Source: an uncultured virus (IMG/VR IMGVR_UViG_3300042446_001322) (taxonomy: Duplodnaviria; Heunggongvirae; Uroviricota; Caudoviricetes). From it: 56,305 nucleotides of DNA. The position numbers and the translations under genes were made by a program. The stretch is taken from IMG/VR virus record IMGVR_UViG_3300042446_001322. One strand, 5' to 3'. The notes under the pieces were generated by a model that saw only the letters and a program-made list of their open reading frames with translations, did not search any database and was not told the DNA's origin. Of this stretch, positions 51,085 through 56,305 are shown piece by piece (the first letter of the stretch is position 1; the number at the start of each line of letters is the position of its first letter).

Positions 51085-52465
51085 CTATCTTATTATTCTT
51101 AAATCTTCTGGTAACCATATAAACTGATCAAACTTAACTCCATTTGTTATATTCTCTATTTCACCCCCAATGGTATATGTTGGAAACTCTATTGTTACTT
51201 GTGAATAATCAACATAACTATTAATTCTTATTACTTTACAAGATAAAGTTCCTTTTACATCTAAAACAGTATCCTTTGTGTACTCTTTATTAGTAAACCA
51301 CATATGCTCCATCTTAACATAACCCATTTGACCAACTTTTGGTTTCATAGGTAAGTTTTCACCTAATAATAGTTGACCAAGCATTTCTTTTGCACATTGA
51401 CTATGATTAAACATATCTTTTATAAGATCTCTAACTCCACCAGCACTAATAAAACTATCTAAGGCATTTACTAATTTCTCTTCATCCACTTCTATTCTTA
51501 TTTTACTCATAATGAATGTTTTACTGACCTTAACCTAAAGAATAACTCCCAGTTAAAGTGGTCAAACACCTTAACATCAAGGGTATTGTTGATACATTTT
51601 TCTTCTACTTTACCATAAACAGTAGGCATAACTGTTCTAGTTACACCTCCTGTAAGTATTTTACCGTCTACCTCAAGTTTACAAGTTCTATTAAAACCTA
51701 TAACTGACATAATCATATTCTTTTCCATATCTTTTCTGAATTATATAAACATGACCAAATGTTTATCTGTTTATGTATTTATCTAAACTTATTACTATTA
51801 CTACTACTAAAATCATTAGTACTATTGAGCAACTTATTACTATTAGTGTTTCCATATCAGTTAGTTATTGTAAATTCAATACACATAATAGCATATTGGA
51901 TTTCATTTTTCATGTACTCTTTAACATCATGTGATGCATTTAAAGAGTCTACGTCTCTAAGACTTTCTTTTAGACTGTTTAGCTCATTTATCATATCTTC
52001 CATATTACAGTTTATTAAAATTTGTTGGTGTATAATTTTCTTTAAAATGTACCGGTTTTAATTTATTACTTTCACATCCCTTAAAGATTAATAAAGTAAT
52101 TAAAAGTGCACCAATTAATGGTACCATTAGTGCAAAAAACATTATTATAGCTTTTTTTTCTTCTGTTTTCATAATACTTATATTTTATATTCATCAATTA
52201 ATTTACAAACAGGAATTGTAAGCCATCCCTCTTTTATTTCTCTATGCATTGGTGCTATTACACCTGCATTAAGTAAGGTTTCATACATACCTTCATTTTC
52301 ACTATAATCTTTTATAGCTATTTCATCAGGTAATAATCCTTTAATGTTAGTAGTAGCTGTTGCAACAGGCATACCATCTTCAGCATCTACTAATCTTATA
52401 ACCTTGTTACCAAACTGATATTTCTCAATCTGTACCTCACATTTGTAATCTTTAAATGTTATCAT
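51085..52465 (-). other. Cluster of hypothetical ORFs (51085-51510, 51507-51728, 51857-52003, 52178-52465 and short TM ORFs)
   Basis: Packed, co-oriented ORFs. 51857-52003 (48 aa) was read manually. Confidence 0.6.
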
Positions 52466-52536
52466 AACTTTTAGTTTTAATTAAAGTATTTCAGCAAATT
52501 TAAACCTGCTTTTTGGACCAATTATTTTATTTTTAG

Positions 52537-52645
52537 TAGTCAGGACAGGATTCGAACCTGTAATTGTTTGGATATAACACCGTAGATGCACGTCTGCATG
52601 AACTTATCCTTTAACGGTTGTGTCTGCCAATTCCACCACCTGACT
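52537..52645 (-). tRNA. tRNA-like RNA with aberrant anticodon arm (no assignable anticodon)
   Basis: Acceptor stem AGTCAGG/CCTGACT, Leu-like D arm GGTGGAATTGGCAGACAC and T arm ACAGG-TTCGAAT-CCTGT. Irregular centre of ~58 nt. 3' end reads ACTA, with no CCA. Confidence 0.7.
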
Positions 52646-52654
52646 ATAATATTC

Positions 52655-52732
52655 AAAACAAGCATTCTACTCCCAGCTACGAGGAATTGTATCTTACTTA
52701 GCCCATCTCACCGCTGTGTGGGTACTTGTTTT
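52655..52732 (-). ncRNA. Candidate structured RNA upstream of the tRNA-like element
   Basis: Closing stem AAAACAAG/CTTGTTTT enclosing CCCA/TGGG and TTCC/GGGA hairpins. GC-richer than its flanks. Confidence 0.4.
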
Positions 52733-52881
52733 TATTATTAATCAAATACTCCAAAAGGATTATGTTCTTCTGGAGCTTCTGTATCATACCAATATAATTT
52801 ACTCTTTACTTCTTCTATTGCTTCCATGTAAGCATCATATTCTTGCTCTTCCATAACTTTTCATTTTAGTTTCAGTTAATA

Positions 52882-53139
52882 TTATAATTCTTGTACTTGT
52901 TTCATATACTTGGTTACATCATCAGGTGTTAAATACCCGATAACATCATTGGTAATTTTTGTATCATAACATAGATTGCCATCTTTAAGTACAGCTAATT
53001 CATATGGTGTATCATTATTACCATGAGCACCGAATCCACATATAACAGATACTCCATATCCATTATCAAATTCTAATGCAGCAAATTGACCATCCATGTA
53101 TTTTTTGTTTTTAAATTCTAAGTCTTTAAATTCTTTCAT
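52882..53139 (-). CDS. Hypothetical phage protein
   Basis: FDNGYGVSV...YELAVLK...DVIGYLT. Confidence 0.7.
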   Translation of the reverse strand: MKEFKDLEFKNKKYMDGQFAALEFDNGYGVSVICGFGAHGNNDTPYELAVLKDGNLCYDTKITNDVIGYLTPDDVTKYMKQVQEL

Positions 53140-53153
53140 CTTTTCAGTTAATA

Positions 53154-53444
53154 TTATAATTTTTTAAGTATTTCAATAGTATATACTGACCATTTGATAT
53201 GTGAATTACAGTATATCCATTTCATATAAGAAGGCTCTAATTTACAAGCTTCTTCAACAGTAACATTAATTAGTGAAGGCTTATTACTAAACCAACATTT
53301 ATCCCATGGTCTAGTTCTTCTTCTAGTACCATAGTTACTGTAATCATTTTTCATTTCAAAATATTGAAATTCTGGTCTTGCCATATATTTTGCATAAGAA
53401 ATATCTTGTGCAGGAACTAATGGTCTACATTTAAATGTTTTCAT
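53154..53444 (-). CDS. Hypothetical protein
   Basis: 96-aa ORF. Confidence 0.6.
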   Translation of the reverse strand: MKTFKCRPLVPAQDISYAKYMARPEFQYFEMKNDYSNYGTRRRTRPWDKCWFSNKPSLINVTVEEACKLEPSYMKWIYCNSHIKWSVYTIEILKKL

Positions 53445-53479
53445 AATCTTTTCAGTTTTAGTTTCAGTTAATAATTTAT

Positions 53480-53719
53480 TTAATATTTAAGTGTATATCC
53501 CCAATAAGTATATTTATTATAACTATGCTTAGGAACATATTCATCTTGCCATCTTAATTCTTCTTGGACTTCTTGAGTATACTCAAATTTAAGTTCACGT
53601 TGAAGCCATAGTAGATAGTTAACACATTCATGATCTCTTTCATCAAGCATTGCTTGGATAGTACAGCCTTTATATCTACCAAACTTTAAGGTGTGCTGCA
53701 TGTCTATTAATTTTTTCAT
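53480..53719 (-). CDS. FGxYKG-motif (DUF3820/ExoX C-terminal-like) protein
   Basis: LKFGRYKG.TI......NYLLWL. Likely start is MKKLID. Confidence 0.55.
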   Translation of the reverse strand: MKKLIDMQHTLKFGRYKGCTIQAMLDERDHECVNYLLWLQRELKFEYTQEVQEELRWQDEYVPKHSYNKYTYWGYTLKY

Positions 53720-54277
53720 AAGTATATATTTTAATTTATAAGATTCCGGATTCAATAGCTATTATACTCTCCTACTAAGTAATAGGTAATAAGATAGTAG
53801 TATAATGTGAGTAAGTAGCTAAGTTCATAATTTAGCCATATATTTTTATAGATATAGCATTATCAGCTGATTACATAAGTTACTTGAAGGTATGGTTTAG
53901 GTGAGTGTTTGACTGTCAACTACTTTATCTCTCACATTCTCACACAAATTATATTTATATAACCTGTTAAGTACCAGCATGTTACAGCATTACCCACAAC
54001 ATAACTAGCATCAGCTATAATATAATCAATTTGACTACAAGTACCGGTGTGAGACTGTCAATATGATTATATTAATAACACATTACTGTCAACTTATGCT
54101 TAATGCATCTGACTAAGTATATATACAGTGATAATCCTGCAACATATAATTAACTTGATCATTATATCACCATTAATAATCAATCTGACAGTTAATTTAA
54201 AAGACCGTGTTGGTTAATACTAGTCTATTAATTTACCAAATGGACCGTGGTAATTAACCTACACAACAATCCCATAC

Positions 54278-54315
54278 AGTTTAGAGCTGAATAACAAAGC
54301 TGACGTAGTCAAAAA
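54278..54315 (-). promoter_or_regulatory. Early-region repeat copy 1 (GNA mini-hairpin)
   Basis: + strand AGTTTAGAGCTGAATAACAAAGC-TGAC-GTA-GTCA-AAAA. Confidence 0.65.
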
Positions 54316-54374
54316 TAAACATACAGTATATAAAACACAGTAATACATTTAACTACAATAGGCATAAAAATAAT

Positions 54375-54401
54375 AAACCCCTACCTGTTACGGTAAGGGT
54401 T
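54375..54401 (-). terminator. Terminator-like hairpin
   Basis: AACCC-c-TACC-tgttac-GGTA-a-GGGTT. Confidence 0.55.
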
Positions 54402-54407
54402 ATATTA

Positions 54408-54731
54408 TCAGATGTTGAAATCATCAGCACTGAATGTTTCAGCAACAGGTGCTTCAACTCCATAGTCTTCAAATGTAAGAGAAGATAATGGTAATCCAAT
54501 TACAGATGGAATAATAGTAAGTCCATCATCCATAACAGATAATGCAACACTAGCATCATCTCCAACATTAACTTTGTCCCACACAGATTCATAAATTACA
54601 CCACGTGCATTTTTACCTGAGGCAGAAGTAAGAGTACATTTCTTGTATCTTTTACCATTCACGTTAATACTCAATTCTGCATCAATTGCTTTAATTGTGC
54701 AAATTACGATTTTGTCTTTAACAGCTTCCAT
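54408..54731 (-). CDS. Small OB-fold/SSB-like protein with acidic tail
   Basis: Beta-strand pattern (NGKRYKKCTL...RGVIY...VGD). Ends SADDFNI. Confidence 0.5.
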   Translation of the reverse strand: MEAVKDKIVICTIKAIDAELSINVNGKRYKKCTLTSASGKNARGVIYESVWDKVNVGDDASVALSVMDDGLTIIPSVIGLPLSSLTFEDYGVEAPVAETFSADDFNI

Positions 54732-54768
54732 AATTTTTATTATTTAATTAAACATTTATATCCATAAT

Positions 54769-54810
54769 AGTTAAGAGCTGAATAAATAAAAGCTGCCGCA
54801 GGCAAGAAAA
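54769..54810 (-). promoter_or_regulatory. Early-region repeat copy 2 (GNA mini-hairpin)
   Basis: + strand AGTTAAGAGCTGAATAAATAAAAGC-TGCC-GCA-GGCA-AGAAAA. Confidence 0.65.
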
Positions 54811-54837
54811 AGAGAGGGCATAATACCCCCTCTTATC

Positions 54838-55116
54838 TTAATTCCACATAAACTCATCCATTTCTTCAGCCATCTCAGCTTCTACTTCAGCCATTATAGC
54901 TTGAGTATATGAACTGAATACATACTCAGGTTTCTCAATGCGGTAACATTGATCTTCTATAATGCTTCCTCTTGATACCTTAGTATCTAGAAACCTTTGC
55001 ATATTAATAGCATACTGTTCATTATTCTCTGCTATACTTAAATGTACATGTACTTGATGTGCATTAAGTAAGTTCTTTGCACGTAGATGTGCACATATAG
55101 TTAAAAATGTATTCAT
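54838..55116 (-). CDS. Hypothetical early protein
   Basis: 92 aa, between repeat copy 3 and a terminator-like hairpin (54810-54834). Confidence 0.65.
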   Translation of the reverse strand: MNTFLTICAHLRAKNLLNAHQVHVHLSIAENNEQYAINMQRFLDTKVSRGSIIEDQCYRIEKPEYVFSSYTQAIMAEVEAEMAEEMDEFMWN

Positions 55117-55146
55117 GTTATATAAGTTTAAGTTAATATCAATAAG

Positions 55147-55186
55147 AGTTTAAAGCTGAATAGATTAAAGCTGCGAAGCAAGAAAG
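55147..55186 (-). promoter_or_regulatory. Early-region repeat copy 3 (GNA mini-hairpin)
   Basis: + strand AGTTTAAAGCTGAATAGATTAAAGC-TGC-GAA-GCA-AGAAAG. Confidence 0.65.
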
Positions 55187-55209
55187 AAGAAGGGGCTATA
55201 CCCCCTCTA

Positions 55210-55350
55210 TTAGTCATAGTACTCATCATCATATCCAAGCTCACCAATAAAGCTAAGATGATACTCAGTCATCATATCTTCTTCTATCTGTTCTTGTAGT
55301 ATGCATGCCTCTGCTAGCATGTAGTCTGTGTAATCTTTTTCTGTAGTCAT
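55210..55350 (-). CDS. 46-aa highly acidic protein, not in ORF track
   Basis: MTTEKDYTDYMLAEACILQEQIEEDMMTEYHLSFIGELGYDDEYYD. Preceded by the partial repeat AGTTATGAGCTG (55371) and followed by a hairpin. Confidence 0.6.
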   Translation of the reverse strand: MTTEKDYTDYMLAEACILQEQIEEDMMTEYHLSFIGELGYDDEYYD

Positions 55351-55540
55351 AATTATCTAGATTTCATGATAGTTATGAGCTGGATCTTCTGAGAGTCATG
55401 GGGGGTACCACCTCTGGCTAGCGGGGGTGGGGGTTGTTGATAGAGGGTCCACTACATCTTACTGCATGTACAAAATCCATAAGTGCATTTATTTATTATA
55501 GGTAAGGTGTATTCCGGGGAATTGTTATATATTTGTATCA

Positions 55541-55672
55541 TGTGCCAGACACGCTTCCCGTAAGATCAGCGTCCCAGGTTTGGACTTCTCAGTAAGGGAA
55601 ATGACGATGTCTATAACTTTACTACCCTCAGGAAAGTTTCTCTGATCAAGAATTACTACCTGGGGTTTTTTT
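55541..55672 (+). ncRNA. Candidate small RNA
   Basis: Follows a promoter box. ACGCT/AGCGT hairpin and a long-range CCCAGGT/ACCTGGG stem, then a T7 tract. Confidence 0.4.
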
Positions 55673-55738
55673 ATTTAAAATAGTTTATTATATTTGCTGT
55701 ATCATTATTTAAAATTGACGTTATTAGGTTAGGTAAGG

Positions 55739-55772
55739 AAACCTCTGGAGTAATCTGGAGGTTTTGTTTTTT
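55739..55772 (+). terminator. Intrinsic terminator
   Basis: AAACCTCTGGA-gtaa-TCTGGAGGTTT followed by TGTTTTTT. Confidence 0.65.
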
Positions 55773-55797
55773 ATTATTATCTTTGTATCTTAAAATT

Positions 55798-56079
55798 ATG
55801 AGCATGAAGGAGTATAGAAAAACTGCAACAGTAAAAGCTAAGATATTTGAGCTGGGTGATGAGGATGGATTCACATGGACATATCGTGAACTAGCAAGTG
55901 CTAGAGATGATATTCAGTTTGGGATTTCAGCACCAGAACCAACAATACCATATATATCTACATTGGAGAATCAAGAACTTAAAGGTGAGTTTGGAAAACA
56001 TTATGTATGTACTGGTATACAAGGTGAAAGATGGCTAGTAGAAAAAGAAATATTTGAAACAACATATACAGAAGTATGA
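55798..56079 (+). CDS. PGDYG-like small phage protein
   Basis: YRKTATVKA...YISTLE...GIQGERW.V...IFETTY. ATG at 55798 or 55804 is preferred over the track start. Confidence 0.6.
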   Translation: MSMKEYRKTATVKAKIFELGDEDGFTWTYRELASARDDIQFGISAPEPTIPYISTLENQELKGEFGKHYVCTGIQGERWLVEKEIFETTYTEV

Positions 56080-56305
56080 AATTATATAGAGAAAGGCCTA
56101 AGAGTGTTGAGGCTATGCAATGGGATGGTACAGAGGAATGTGCTATTAAGATTTCCGGGGATGAAGATTTTGCAGGACATATTAATTATGATGGAAAAAA
56201 ATTTGATAGCTTTTTTCTTACTACTAATAATGGTGAAATTAAATTGACACCGGGGGACTATGTTATAAAAGACTGGTACGGGGAATATACTTTGATGCCA
56301 GAAAA
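56076..56305 (+). CDS. Second PGDYG-like protein (3'-truncated)
   Basis: MKLYRERPKSVEAMQWDGT...TNNGEIKLTPGDYVIKDWYGEY. ATGA overlap with the previous gene. Confidence 0.7.
   Translation, partial: MKLYRERPKSVEAMQWDGTEECAIKISGDEDFAGHINYDGKKFDSFFLTTNNGEIKLTPGDYVIKDWYGEYTLMPE

Larger units (their letters stand above)
55528..55785 (+). promoter_or_regulatory. Three Bacteroidota-type -7 promoter boxes (TAnnTTTG)
   Basis: TATATTTG at 55528-35, TATATTTG at 55689-96 and TATCTTTG at 55778-85. Confidence 0.55.

Noticed and set aside
19218..52061. Short + strand track ORFs (19218, 23861, 29550, 31749, 35260, 37817, 38045, 42881, 44101, 44439, 45411, 47109, 50638, 51759)
   Set aside because: They overlap well-supported minus-strand genes and have shadow-like composition.
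54278..55390. Repeats as a CRISPR array
   Set aside because: Spacing is hundreds of bp with genes between copies, the copies are degenerate, and there are no cas genes.
55671..55874. 67-aa minus-strand ORF
   Set aside because: Overlaps + strand promoters, a terminator and a better-supported + strand gene.
1..56305. Stop-codon reassignment, known in some crAss-like phages
   Set aside because: Long genes are intact in the standard code. TAG and TGA occur as real stops at tight junctions, and the split genes are explained by introns.

Overview
AT-rich segment of a crAss-like (Crassvirales-type) phage genome, probably infecting Bacteroidota. This is inferred from gene content, TAnnTTTG promoter boxes and a ClpS gene; no search was run. 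From 1 to 19 kb (+ strand) lie giant virion-cargo genes, including a 3305-aa two-barrel virion RNA polymerase (DYDVD motif) fused to a zincin domain. From 19 to 38 kb (- strand) is a replication module: PolB, PD-(D/E)xK exonuclease, MoxR AAA + VWA, primase, SSB, Sak4-like ATPase, DnaB and UNG. From 38 to 55 kb (- strand) are small early/accessory genes, and transcription diverges near 55.4 kb. The ORF track hides two group I introns, which split the MoxR ATPase and an SF2 helicase and each carry a GIY-YIG endonuclease. Main observations: (1) the four cargo proteins appear cysteine-free except for single Cys residues facing each other at the gene junctions, a possible head-to-tail disulfide chain; (2) repeated template-strand C-GNA-G mini-hairpins with covarying stems precede the earliest genes and are candidate N4-style promoters for the virion RNAP; (3) a DUF1566 gene ends in a DGR-type variable region with no RT or TR in the window; (4) an HNH cassette interrupts a gene and supplies a replacement 5' end; (5) a tRNA-like RNA has no anticodon loop. 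All family names come from motif recognition by eye.
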